From: Camelus ferus
Taxonomy: Eukaryota
Reading direction: 5' to 3'
Assembly (NCBI RefSeq): GCF_009834535.1
Contig: NC_045707.1
Span: forward strand, 47,370,001 to 47,434,000
Length of the DNA stretch: 64,000 bases
Shown here: positions 25,687 to 37,760 of the stretch, in pieces
Layout: each line of letters starts with the position of its first letter
How positions within the stretch are numbered: the first letter of the stretch is position 1
Made by a program: the position numbers and the translations under genes
Notes under the pieces: model-generated
Database searches by the model: none
What the model saw: only the letters and a program-made list of their open reading frames with translations
What the model was told of the DNA's origin: nothing

Positions 25687-26568
25687 CATGATTGTGCGGA
25701 AAATAATGAACTTACTGTGAACCAGCAGTGTTCTGGTTGTAATCCTCAGCAACATTAGGTGATAGGTAGTATTATTACTCCATTTTGTAGGTAGACAATT
25801 GAGGGAAAAAGGGATGAAATGATTTACCCAAGGATAGCAGGAATGAATCTGGATTGTAGAATCTGTTGTGCTTAGGGATGAACCTAATTCAGAATCCTCA
25901 AAATGAATTTTTAAAAATTAATTGACTTTATTTTTTAGAGCAGTTTTAGGTTTATAGAAAAAGTACAAACTAGAGTTCCCAAATACCACTCTGTCTCCAC
26001 CCCTACCTGCTCCACCCTCTCTGCCCGAACCCCTACAGTTTCCACTATTATTGACAACTTGCATTAGTGTGGTACATTTATCACAACCAATAAACCAATA
26101 TTGATATGTTATTACTAACCAAAGTCCAAGGTTTGCAATAGGGTACAATTTTTGTATTGTACATTCTCTAGATTTTGATGACAGTATAATGGTATTATCC
26201 AACATTACAGTATCATAAAGAATAGTTTCACCACCATAAAAATCTCCTCCCTCTCTTTTCAAACCCCTGGCAAGCACTGATCTGTTTACCGTCCGTCTCT
26301 TAAGTTTTTCTTATCTGGAAGTTATATAATAGGAATCACATAGCATGCAGCTTTTTCAGATTTACTTCTTTCACTTAGCAATATACATTTAAGGTTCCTC
26401 TGTGTTGTTCTATGGCTTGATATTGTATTTCTTTTTATCACTGAATAATATCCCATTGTATGAATATGCCACAGTTTATCTATTCACCTATTGAAGGATA
26501 TCTTGGTTGTTTTCTAATTTTGGCAATTATGAATAAAGCTGCTATAAACATTAAAAAAAAAAAAAAAA
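25687..26568 (+). other. Retrotransposed composite genomic segment (MIR fragment plus antisense L1) with poly(A) and TSD
   Basis: Direct repeats aagatttgcctt (25675-25686) and aagacttgcctt (26567-26578); AATAAA at 26532-26537; A16 at 26553-26568. Confidence 0.7.
25915..26552 (-). mobile_element. Old L1 (L1MB-like) 3' fragment
   Basis: 'tttttagagcagttttaggtttatagaaaa' through 'ttggcaattatgaataaagctgctataaacatt'. Confidence 0.85.
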
Positions 26569-27329
26569 GACTTGCCTTAAGACCCTCATCTCCTTGTATC
26601 CATCAATCCTAAATGTTATGTCAGGATCTTAGCCCAATTTCAGGCAGTTCCCTTCTTGAAAGACCCTGGAGTCACTTGAAGCCAGCCCCCAAACCCTATA
26701 AAGATCCTCTCCTGACTTCCCTTTTCTCAGATGCTATTAAGACTTTGTCATGCCTCCTTATTCAATTGTCTGGTAATATTCTGGAGAGTTCAATAATCCT
26801 TATTTTACAATTGATTAAAGAGAAGCCTGAGAGTTTTAGTAACTTGTCCACGTTTACCCACTTAGTTAAGAGCTTCCTAATCCAGGACTGTCTGACCCCA
26901 TCCCATGGTCCTCAGCAGTCTGCTACTCTGCCTTTCAGTTGGAATTAAAGTGTAATTTTTCAGTTTTACCCCTGAATTTATTTGACTTTCTAAGATTAAA
27001 AAACATATTATATGTCAGCTATATCTCAATTTTTTAAAAACGGTCATTTTCAGAAGATAATGGAAAACTAAATCATTATCTTGGTAACTGCTGAATAAAA
27101 GGAAATATTAATCAAAAAAAAAAAATCCAAACAATGGTCAAGTTTACAGTCCCATGAAAGACAGTCACCATGTGCCCTTGTGAATGAAAGTAGCCACAAA
27201 AATTTAACCCTCAATTTCAAACTAAATTCCAGCACTGGTGACTCACCAACAAATGAACGTAGGAAGAGCCAGGAGAACTAAACTTATAACTGGTGTGATT
27301 TTTAAACTATTAGTAAATTATTCAGCTTG

Positions 27330-28400
27330 TGTATTCATTTCCTAGGGCAGCCATAACAAATTACCACAAAGTTGGTGACTTAAAACATTTATTCTCTCAC
27401 AGTTCTGAAGGCCATAAGTCCAAAATCAAGGTGTCAGCAGTGCCATGCTCCCTCTGGAGGTTCTGAAGGACAGTCTGTTCCATGCCTCTCTCCTAGCTTC
27501 TGGTGGCTCCTGGCAACCCTTAGCATTCCGTATCTTGCGGCTCATAATTCCAATCTCTGTTTCTTCACATGCTTCCTCTCTGCATCTTCTCCTTTTCTCT
27601 CTCTTATAAGGACACTTGATATTGAATTTAAGGTTCATTCTAATCCAAGATGATCTCATCTTGTTGCCATATGATCCAACAATCCCACTCCTGGGCATGT
27701 ATCTGGAGGGAACTCTAATTCAAAAAGATACATGTACCCCAGTGTTCATAGCAGCACTATTTACAATAGCCAAGACATGGAAGCAACCTAAATGTCCACT
27801 GACAGATGACTGGATAAAGAAGATATGGTATATTTATACAATGGAATACTACTCAGTGATAAAAAAGAATGAAATAATGCCATTTGCAGCAACATGGATG
27901 GACCCAGAGAAAGACAAATATATGATATCACTTATATGTGGAATCTAAAATATGATACAAGTGAACTTATTTACAAAGCAGAGACTCACACAGAAAACAA
28001 TCTTACGGTTACCAAAGGGGAAAGGGCAGGGGAGGGATAAATTAGAAGTCTAGGATTAGCAGATACAAACTACTATATATAAAATAAATGACAGGGTCCT
28101 ACTGTATAGCATAGGGGATCATATTCAATATCCTATAATAAACCATAATGGAAAAAATATGAAATGGAAATGGAAAAAAATATGAAAAAGAATATATATA
28201 TGTATAACTGAATTACTTTGCTATATACTGGAAACTAACACAACATTGTAAATTAACTATACTTCAATTAAAAAAAAAAGATGATCTCATCTTGAGACTC
28301 TTATCTATTACATCTGCAAAGACCCTTGTTCCAAATAAGGCCATATTTTGAGGTTCCAAGTAGACCTATGCTTTGGGGGACACAATTCAACCCACTTATA
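27330..28400 (-). mobile_element. MaLR solo LTR (MLT1B/C/D-like), split by an L1
   Basis: Begins 'tgtattcatttcctagggcagccataacaaattaccacaaa' and resumes after the L1 through 'ggggacacaattcaaccc'. Confidence 0.85.
27664..28277 (+). mobile_element. 5'-truncated L1 (ORF2 C-terminus, 3' UTR and poly(A))
   Basis: LPYDPTIPLLG..WKQPKCP..IMPFAATWMD; perfect 17-bp TSD aagatgatctcatcttg at 27647-27663 and 28278-28294. Confidence 0.95.
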
Positions 28401-28969
28401 ACTGGTAACATTTGTTACTGACCCTTTGTTATTATCAACATTATTATGTTTAAAATAAATCCAACAAAAAATAATACAAAGAATAATGTAACAATATCTC
28501 TTTTTAAAAATATGCAGTTTTTGAAAAGAATTGCTATTAAAGCATTTTCTATGGGGTATTCCAATGATCATATGATGTTTAATTATGGAAATATATATAT
28601 GGAATTTTACAATCTCTTATTCATATCATTGATTGTGAACAGATCATTTTTCAGAAATGTGTCAAATGTTCATCTAGAGCCTTCAGTGTTCCAGGCACTG
28701 GGGAGTTTCCTCAAAGCTAGCAGTATTGTCAAGGCTCTTGCCCTCTCTAGTTCGCAAAAAAGGGAAAAGTGAGAAGGAAGGTGATGGAATGGTACCTTGA
28801 TGACCAGTCCCAACTTAAAATCATGAGTGGAAGGACATCGTAAGGCTCAAAATATGATTCCTGTAGATGTTAACAAAATCATTTATAACAACTTTACTGT
28901 GTTTTCTTCCTTTCTTATCTCCACGTTAACAGTATAACAGGCTAATTTCTGAACCACAGAATTTAGTCC

Positions 28970-29170
28970 ACTGGAATTTTTGACACTGTTTTGACCCTGT
29001 AGAAATACATTTTACATTGTGATCCAGTATATGTATTACTGAACTCAAAGTTTCGCAAAACAATATTTACTCTTAGAACCACAATGCTTTCTTTTATTTT
29101 CTATTCCATTGTATTTCACTAGTGAGCGAAATTCAGAACTCACTAATGGGTAACCACAGTTTATTAAATA
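28970..29170. mobile_element. hAT-Charlie fossil (Charlie18a-like)
   Basis: 'agaaatacattttacattgtgatccagta..aaagtttcgcaaaacaat..cactaatgggt'. Confidence 0.55.
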
Positions 29171-29727
29171 ACATTACCCTCTCCTCTCCATACCTACACA
29201 ACGCACACATATGGACAAGATTTCATAATGTGTGGCATTCTTGCATTTTGTGCAGTAAATATTTAGACATAGTCTCACTTATATGACTTTGGTAGAAATG
29301 ATATTTCTGGGGACTTTAAAGACACAGTTAAATAGTTGGAATAAAAACCACATTAGTTGATTTTACATTGAACACATTGTTTCCTAAATATATTAAAGCC
29401 TTTACAACATTAATAAATTAAGCTCTGCATCTGATCCCTTTCCTCCATAGACCATTTTTTGTTCCTGCCTTATAGGAGCTTCAGCTTGCTCACAGCTTTG
29501 TGTTGCCATGGCACTGACTTTTGCTACCTCTGCGTGATCTTACAGTTCTTGAGCTCTCTGCTGGTTCAGTCACTCAGCTTCTGTGACTCTATTCCAGATT
29601 CTCAGCAGAGAGCTTCTGGGTGGTTCAGCATAGTCAGCTGCTCACATCTGGTCCAGCCAGCAGTGAACTGATCGAGGGGCTCATGTTGGACCCATGGTAG
29701 CCTTTCCACAGGTCTCTAAGAGGGTAG

Positions 29728-30165
29728 GTAGCAGTCAGGGTCCCAGCAGCAGGAGATGATGCATTGAAATTGGGGAAGATTTTAATAAAAAGGTGATTTA
29801 TAAAGGTCCAAGCAGGGTGTAAGAAAAACACAAGAAATCCCAAGAGAGATTAGTACAGTGTCTTTGGGTTAGTAATCATGGGGCATCATTACCTTGATGA
29901 GCCCAAAGGGGCAGCAGGAGGGAGCCTTTACAGAACTTGGGAGAAGAGAGAGCTGGGTGGAGAGGTCTATGACCTTTGCTCGAGTGACGTCACAGGGAGA
30001 GCCCTCAGCCTCACTCTTTCCTTATTCCAGTTTCCTGCTGGTTCTCCCCATGTCATAAGCCCAAAAGGACTGGAAGCCAGAGGGCAAGAAGGAGCACGCT
30101 GCTGTGGGTCAGGATCCAGAAGCAGAGCAGGGATCTAGAAGAGCAGATGCAAAGTATCTCAAAGC
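29728..30165 (-). mobile_element. ERVL LTR remnant (LTR33-like)
   Basis: 'gcagtcagggtcccagcag...ggaagccagagggcaag' pattern. Confidence 0.55.
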
Positions 30166-30407
30166 ATAGGAGGTAGGGACAAGGAGGGAATGATTGGCAT
30201 CTCAAGTGCAGGGAGAGGTCAGGAAAGTTTCTAGAGATAGCGGCATCTTCAGCTTTATGTACTGCTGCTAAAGATTTAGGGACCCCTGGTGCCAGGCACC
30301 ATTCTAAGAGTGTCATCTGTTTTAACTCAATAGCTACGAAAATAGCCCTCTAAGGTGGACTTTATTGTCATCCTCATTTTGGGGGTGGGGATGGTGGTGA
30401 GGAGTAC

Positions 30408-31220
30408 TTTTTATTGAAATCTAACATATGTATAGAAAAGTGCACACATAAGGGACAGCTCGATAATTTTCACAAAGACAACTCACTCAGGTCACCAATC
30501 TCCAGATCAAGAAACAGAACATTACCAGCTCCCACCCCAGAAGTCTCCTTCCAGTCCCCACCACCCTCCGTGGTAATCACAATCCTGGTTTCCAACACCA
30601 GCGATGATTTCTGCCTGTTTTTGAACTTTATATATTGGCATCATACAGCACTAATTCTTCTGTGTGATCTCTTTGCTCAATATTGTGTTTGCAGCAATAG
30701 CCTTATTTTTTTTATTGTAGTAAAATATACATAACATAAAATTTATCATTTTAACCATTTTCCAGCTTTATTGAGGTATAATTGACAAAAACTGTATATA
30801 TTTTAGGTGTACATCTAGATATTTTGATATACATATACATTGTGAAATAATCACCACAATCAAGCTAATTAATATGCTCCATCACCTCACATAGTTATCA
30901 TTTTCTCTTTTCTTTTTTCATTTTAACTGTTTTTGAGTACACAATTCAATGGCATTAAGTACATTCACAGTGTGTGCAACCATCATCTCTATCCATCTCC
31001 ATAATTTTTTCATCATCCCATCTATGCATTAAACTGTAACCCCCTATTCTCTTCTCCTTCCAAACCATGAAGAAAGCTCTATTCTACTTTCTGTCTCTGT
31101 GAATTTGCCTGTTCTAGGTTCTATGAATTTGCTTGTTCTAGGTACCTCCTATAAGTGAAATCCTACAATATTGGTCCTCTTACGTCTAGATTTTTTCACT
31201 TAGCACAGTGTTTTCCAGTT
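30408..31220 (-). mobile_element. Nested old L1 3' fragments (L1ME/L1MB-like) inside a MIR
   Basis: Several L1 3' termini ('tttttattgaaat', 'tttttattgtagtaaaatatacataacataaaattt', 'ctttattgaggtataattgaca'); MIR halves at about 30290-30385 and 31230-31345. Confidence 0.75.
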
Positions 31221-32429
31221 TCAAATTGTGATCTTCATTTTGCTGTTGAGGAAACTGAGGTGCAAAATCATTAAGGAAGCAAGTAGTGAACTCAGGATAT
31301 GAACCCAGGCAATCTGGCTGCTCCGGAGCCCGAATACTCAGTGCTTCATTAGGCTGTTGTTTATCAATAGGTCTTGTTTTCATAAAGTCAGTGCTAGGTA
31401 TTTAAATCATTGGCTAGCTGGATGGCTCTGACTACTTCTCAGAGTCTACCCACACAAAATAAAATGACTTGAAGCATCCACATTTTCTGTCCTGTGTTGC
31501 AAAAGGAAGAGTTTCCCTTTGTTTCCTGTGTCTGGTTAAAAGGGTAAACATTTCCTTCAAATCACAGACTCCTAGTCAACTGTGTCTGCAGTCCCTGCCG
31601 TTTGCCAGTTTCTGGAGTTCCTCTGGTCTCATCCCTGAGTCTGGCTTCCCACTCCAGAGCTGCCATTTGGTTGTCTCAATGCCCTGTTGGGTAGAACTCA
31701 TCATCCCACCACTCATAACTGCACACAGTTTGCGCAAATTATCAGTTTGGTGCAGAGCCTGCTGTTGACATGGGAACCAGATCAATCCCTTTTGAAGCTA
31801 AAAAGCCCAGTCTGGGTACTGTTAGGAATAGGGGAGCCCGGCTGGCAGACACCAATCTGTCTCATCCAAAGTGAATTCAGGGGCCAACAGAGCTCGAGCC
31901 CAAGCTCCTCCCTGTCTATGAACAGTCAGACCACAGAGAGCTCATGCGTATTTACAAACAGTCCGCACATGTCTGACTTTTCCTTGCCAAACCCCCTGAA
32001 TTCCCGCATCTCATAGTGCTGGATGCCAAGAAAAGGAAGGTAGCTATAACCATCTTAGATGACATGACTCAGCATGCAAGAGAGCTCTCCAGCAAAGATG
32101 TGCTGTCCTTTGAATGCAGGAAAAATGCGGCAATGCTGTGTCACAAGTGCATTTTAAAATTTGGGAATGTTCAAACCTAAGGCCCCGTAAGTACCTATCA
32201 CTCAGTTTAAAAAAATTGTCAATATTCTGCCAACAAATTTTCTTTCTGCAATACAGTGAATTACATGATCTTTCTGGTCCCACTTGTCATCAAAGACAAG
32301 TGACAATCTAACCAAAATGCTGGCTCCTCCTCCCCTATTGGATCTTCATTGCAGTGTTTTGTGGCTCAGTCCTCCTCTCTTTGCCCTCCTGCTATGTGAT
32401 CTCATCCAGGCATGGGATTTTAAATGGCA

Positions 32430-32976
32430 CTTGTACTTGTCAGAAATCACTTGGCTGCAATTGCAGAAACTCAACTATCTGAGGTAAAAATGGGAATTTA
32501 TTGATTCACATGATCGTGAAATTAGTTTCCAGAATGACAGCATCAAGGAACTCAATGGTGCCTCAGCACATTGTCCATCTCCCTTGGTCACCTGAATCTG
32601 TTTTCTGCTGTGTGTTGACCTCATTTGCATCAGGCTATGTCCTCGTGGTGGTTAAAAAAAAAAAAAAAGATAGCTCTAAGCTTGCATTGTACCAGTTTAG
32701 CAATCATGCCAGAAAGGGGACAGGATTTTTGTTCCTGATTGTTTCATCAAAAGTCCTTTGGCTTATTCTTATTGAATTGACCTAATTCACTTGAGCATCC
32801 CTTAAGAATCACTGTGACCAGGTGGATGGCATATGCTGACTGTCCAAGCCTAAGATTCCTGCTTGCTACTTGGCCAGAGGAGGGCTTGGCACTTTGATTA
32901 ATAGCCCCATCAAGATTACTAACCAGGAAAGAGAAATATTTCCCCCAAAAGAAAATCAGGATGCTTTTAGCAAAAT
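32430..32976 (-). mobile_element. Old MaLR LTR (MLT1K/L-like)
   Basis: 'ttggctgcaattgcagaaactcaact', 'atcactgtgaccagg...tgctgactgtccaagcct'. Confidence 0.6.
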
Positions 32977-32986
32977 ACATGGGACA

Positions 32987-33029
32987 GACACAACATTGTA
33001 AACTGACTATAACTCAATAAAAAAAAAAA
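32987..33029 (+). mobile_element. Extremely truncated L1 3' tip (~40 bp)
   Basis: gacacaacattgtaaactgactataactcaat plus an A run; TSD aaaa(t/g)acatgggaca at 32972-32986 and 33026-33040. Confidence 0.85.
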
Positions 33030-33589
33030 GACATGGGACATTATGCTAGATACCACTATGCCGTCTACATGTCGATAACTCCCAAGTATATTTCTCCCCA
33101 CCCTAGTCCTCAACCCTGAACTCCAGGTGCAAACACCCAACAGCCCCCTTGACATATCTCACATATCCCAAAATGTATCTCCTGGGTGAGAGCACCCTGC
33201 ACCCACTCTGTCTCTACCCTGTACTCCCATTGGTTACAAGCAAAAGAGTTGGCAGAGGGAATGTACTGGAAGGCTTTAGGACTCAGAATTAATTCGAGGT
33301 TGGAGTCCTGGGCTTGGGAACTGGGAATCACAGCAACTGCCTCATGAAGGAAAAATTTGTTAGGAGGCTTCCCCTGGAGGGTCTGAGTTTCTTCCTTCTC
33401 CTCAAGATTCACATTATAGGGAAGGAATATCTAATTGGACTACCAACTATCTAACTGGCTTGACTGTAACCCATAATAGGGAGATGTTCCCCAATAAGAA
33501 ACAGGGGTGCTGTTAGGGAAATGGATGCTAGCCATTCAAATACCCAGCATGTATCCCTGCCACACCCTTTTTTTTTTTAACCATCTCAG

Positions 33590-34672
33590 TAAAACTGAAT
33601 TTCTCCCCTCCCCTCAGTCCTACATCCAAATCACCAGTAAGCCCCTATAGCTCTGCTTTGAAAAGCTATCCCAAAGATGTCTATTTCTGTCTCTCTTCAC
33701 TGCCACCTCCCTCATCTGCACTATCAGTCTATTTCCCCATAATGGCCTCCAGCTGATCTCTCTGCCTCCCCTTTTGTTCCATGCAGCTGTCATTATGATC
33801 ATCTTGAAATATAAAACAGGTCCTGCCACCACCCCCTACTACTTAAAGCCCTTCAGTGATATGTCATCACTTTTAGAATAACATCCAAACCCCTGATCAT
33901 AGGATGGCTGTGTAGCAGAGTGGCTCTGAACTCAGATTCTGGAGCCAGATTGCCTGGCTTCAAACTTAAGCCCCACCCCTTGCCACCCGGATCTCCTTGG
34001 GAAAGTAACATAACCTCTCTGGGCCACAGTTTCCTCACTTGTGAAGTGAGGATAATAATAGTGTTTCATTACAGGAGTGTTGTGACTATACATATAAATT
34101 GTTTGAATAATATCTAACATTTATAAGTGTTCCATGAACACTAGCTGTCATCATCACAAGACCCATCTGATGTGGTGCCTGACCTCCTCTCTGATTCTCC
34201 TCTTCCTTCTCCCTCTATTCTCCATCCTTTGTCCCTCCTCATCCTTTGTCGCGGTGGCCCCACCTGACTGACATCCTGATTTTCTTAGAACATTCCAATT
34301 TGTTTTACTTGAAGACCTTTGCGTTTGCTATTCCACCTGCCCACATGTTCTTCCACCAGATTTCACATGCTGGTACCTCCTCAACTTCGTGTTGCAGCTT
34401 CGACGTCACCTTTTCCAGTGAGGCCTCATGCAATCTAAAGTCCCTCCCGACTCTCTGCCTGGTTACTCTGCCCCATCCCTCCGTTGATACCCTTGGGTGC
34501 AGTTATAACATTGAAGTGATGCAGCTTATTTCTTTTTCTATTTACTACCAGTATCCTTCTCTAGAATTTGATTTCCACGAGAGCAGGAATGTTGGCAGTC
34601 TTGTTCACAGCCCTTAAAAATATGCTTGGTACCGAATAAGCACTCAACAAACACTTGTTGAATAAATGAATG
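33590..34672 (+). mobile_element. L2 3' region interrupted by a MIR (33905-34155)
   Basis: L2 body plus the terminal 'aataagcactcaacaaacacttgttgaataaatgaatg'. Confidence 0.75.
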
Positions 34673-35544
34673 GAGGCTGACTGAAGCAATGACTTGTTTG
34701 CTAAGTCAATAGGATTGACTTTTATCAATGAAGCACACACACTTCTACTCCAAGTATTCCCAGCTGTGTACATTTAGCTGTCACTATTATAAGGGCAACT
34801 GGGGTGGTAACTCCCTGAAATAAATCCTTTCCCAGATACAGTCCTACTTGCTTTAGGTTTCAGTGGACTCAGGTTTTGCTGTTCGAGGCAGCTGTGAGGC
34901 CAGGGAGGCATGATGGACTTGGAGTCTGGAATCTCGGCCTCCCTGGCAGGATCTGCTACCTAGTAGCCATGTAACTGTGAAGTCACCACTTCCTTGTAGT
35001 TGGTAGCATCCCAGTGTATCACTGAAGAACCATATAGGTCATGACTTTTAAGTGCTAAAAATGTTTAAGATTGCAAAAAGTCGTAAGTGAAAATTTGAAT
35101 AATTATCTTCACCTTACAAATGGAGATCCTTGTCAGCTGTGGTTGGAAGATGGTACTAGGAAAGGTCCCTTGAGGGTTGGATCAAGTCTGACTTCTTTTG
35201 GCCTGAACTAATCATTTTGATTCATCAAATTTTGTCTGGTATTGTCATTTCCACTCTTTTTTAAAGTCCAGGTTCCTTAAAGGAAGGAAACAAATCTAAG
35301 CGTCCAGAAGTTATATATAATTTTGTTGTTGTTTATCTAGAGCTTATAAGTGAAGCTAGTTCATGGTTACTGTTCACACACAGCTCTCACCCCTCTGGCA
35401 CCCACTTGAGGGAGAAGATAACACAGATAGAATTGTCAACTCGTAGACTTTTTACAAAGGGAAAATTAGGCATAAAGAGGTATTGCATTGCTATCCAAAG
35501 CAAATGAAAGGCAAGATGATTATAAAGGTTGTGTAAGATCCCTC

Positions 35545-36480
35545 ATCACACATTTACTGTGTGTCAAGTACCATTCTAGGCAATGGGGATACAGCAGTGA
35601 GCAAAATCCTAGCTTTGAGGAACTTACATTCTAGGGAAGAGAGACATATGTTAAAGAAAGAAAATAAGTAACAGATACAGCATATGGGCTTTGGGAAACA
35701 AATACAAAAGGAGAGGGGGCTAGGAGTGAGTAGGGGAGAGTTTTACCATTTTAAGTGGAGTAGTTTGGAAAGCCTCACCCAGGTAATGTTTGAGGAAAGA
35801 CTTGATAGGATGAGATCTGGGGGACAAGCATTCTAGGCAAAAGGAACAGCCAGTGCAAAGGCCTTGAGGTGGGAACATGCTTGGAATGCTCAAGAGAAAG
35901 CAAAGAGGTCTGTGAGGCTGAAACAGAGTGAGCAAAGGGATAGTATCAGAGAGGGAAAGTGATTTTGATGTGGGGCTTGTAGCCCTGTAGGAAGCACAGT
36001 GCCTTTACTCCAAGTAGAATGGGAAGCTGTTGGCTGGTTTAGAGCAGTGGCATGTCATGATTTGACTCACATGTTAAAAAGATCCCTCTGGCTGCGGCAC
36101 TGAAAACAGATTATAAAATGTGGAGACCACTGCAATAATCTTAATGAGGCATGAGGGTGGACTGGACCAAGCTGGTGGCAGTAGAGCGGAGAGAAGTAGA
36201 GATGTTCTGGGTTACATTTTGAAAGTAGAGCCAACAGGATTTCTTGACAGGTTGGGTATAGAATATGAGAGCAATAGAGGAGTCAAAATATGACTCCGAG
36301 GCTTTTGGCTTGAGCTGCTGGAAGGATGGTGCTGCCATCGCCTGGAACTGGGAAGACTGTGGGTGGGACAGGAATTTGGGGGGGGGAAGAACAGGAGCTC
36401 AGTTTGGGGTGAGTTTGAGGTGCTTTTTAGACATCCAGGTGAGGATGTTGGGTGGACAACTGCAATGGGTCTGGAGCTCA
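35545..36480 (-). mobile_element. L2 fragment
   Basis: 'cagccagtgcaaaggccttgaggtgggaacatgcttgg', 'ttttgaaagtagagccaacaggattt'. Confidence 0.85.
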
Positions 36481-37573
36481 AAGTTCCTGAATATGAAGTC
36501 CCCAGCCCAGTGCCCAGATGATCAGTAAGTGGCAGTTCCCATATCTGGAACTCCCAGATTTGGTTCATAAATGCTGCACAGAAGGGAAAATTCCCAAGCC
36601 AGTGCTGATTGTCACACCACGTGGCTTCTCTTACCTGTCCAAGCCTAGGGTTGCTTTACAAAAAAGAAATGTCTTGATCTATGGGCCAAGTTTGTCTCTT
36701 CAACCTCATCTTTATAAAGAAGATGACATAATTTTGGATGAAATTCCTTTTCCTGCATTCCAAAAGAGTAGTCAGTAGAAAATTTCAACACCCTTACTCA
36801 GGGTTCTCTGAACATCTCTCTCTAGCCCTTAGACACATGACAGGGGAATGACTTCCTCCCTGGATCCCTCAAAACAGCTATCCTTCATTTTCTGCGGTCT
36901 TCTTTCTCCCAAACAATAGTTTTGGTTTCTTCTCTCTTGCCTTGAAATAATCTATTTCTTGGTTCTCTCCTGTCTCCAATGTTCCCCACTTCCCTAAGCC
37001 TCAGATCTAGTCATCCTCTGGGGTCCCTATTTCCATAGTCTTCTTTGGATATTGAGTCCTAGTTTCCTTGGACAAGGTGGTAAGAAATTGTTTTTGAAAT
37101 TCTGGAATTACCCCCGGAAGCCAGAGTTGCTGGAGGTGTCTCAGATAGTCCAGTGGCCTCCAGGCATTTGAGTGGTGAAGGTGGACATAAGAGACTGTGT
37201 TTCTACTCCCAGGGACAGTATGTGCCCCCACTCTGCAGGTCCTCTTGGTTTGCAAATGCTGGCCATGAACCAAGAGGTCAATACCATTCAGCTTAGAGAA
37301 AGTATTTTGCCAACATTTAATTTGGGGTAGAAAGATTTACTAGGAGGCCAGCTCCTCTGTAGTTTCAAGCTGTGAAAATGGTCCTTGAAGTTTGGGGGAA
37401 ATACACTAGTAGAGGAGGAGGTATGAAGGGGCACATCCAGAGGCAGCAAAGCCTTTTTACCTCCTGACTTCTGTCTGTGCAAATAGGGGGGTGCCGCATT
37501 ACAGGGAACCAAGGGTCCTGTGGCTTTTCCCCGCACTTTCATGCTTGGTACCATCTCAAAAAAAGTCCTTGTT

Positions 37574-37685
37574 AACATACACACTACTATATATAAAATA
37601 AGTAAACAACAAGGATCTACTATACAGCACAAGGAACTATATTCATTATCTTGTAATAACCTATAATGGAAAAGAATCTGAAAAG

Positions 37686-37752
<67 letters not shown>

Positions 37753-37760
37753 CATAGTTT
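37574..37760 (+). mobile_element. L1 3' UTR fragment ending in (TA)30
   Basis: L1 3' UTR at 37574-37688; direct repeat aaagtccttgtt at 37562-37573 and 37761-37772. Confidence 0.8.
37689..37748. repeat. Perfect (TA)30 microsatellite
   Basis: Read directly from the sequence. Confidence 0.97.

Larger units (their letters stand above)
25470..26795 (+). mobile_element. ERV1-type LTR (MER110/MER90-like), split by the insertion at 25687-26566
   Basis: The 5' part spans 25470-25686. The 3' part spans 26567-26795 and contains 'ttgaaagacc', 'ccctataaa' (TATA) and 'ctattaagactttgtca'. It is flanked by two halves of a MIR (25380-25465 and 26795-26900). Confidence 0.6.

Noticed and set aside
27616..27948. 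110-aa ORF with L1 ORF2 C-terminal motifs
   Set aside because: 5'-truncated L1 fused to MLT sequence; not a gene
32120..32186. Possible plus-strand 67-nt exon (cag|...|gtaagt)
   Set aside because: Weak pyrimidine tract, unrecognisable peptide and no partner exons
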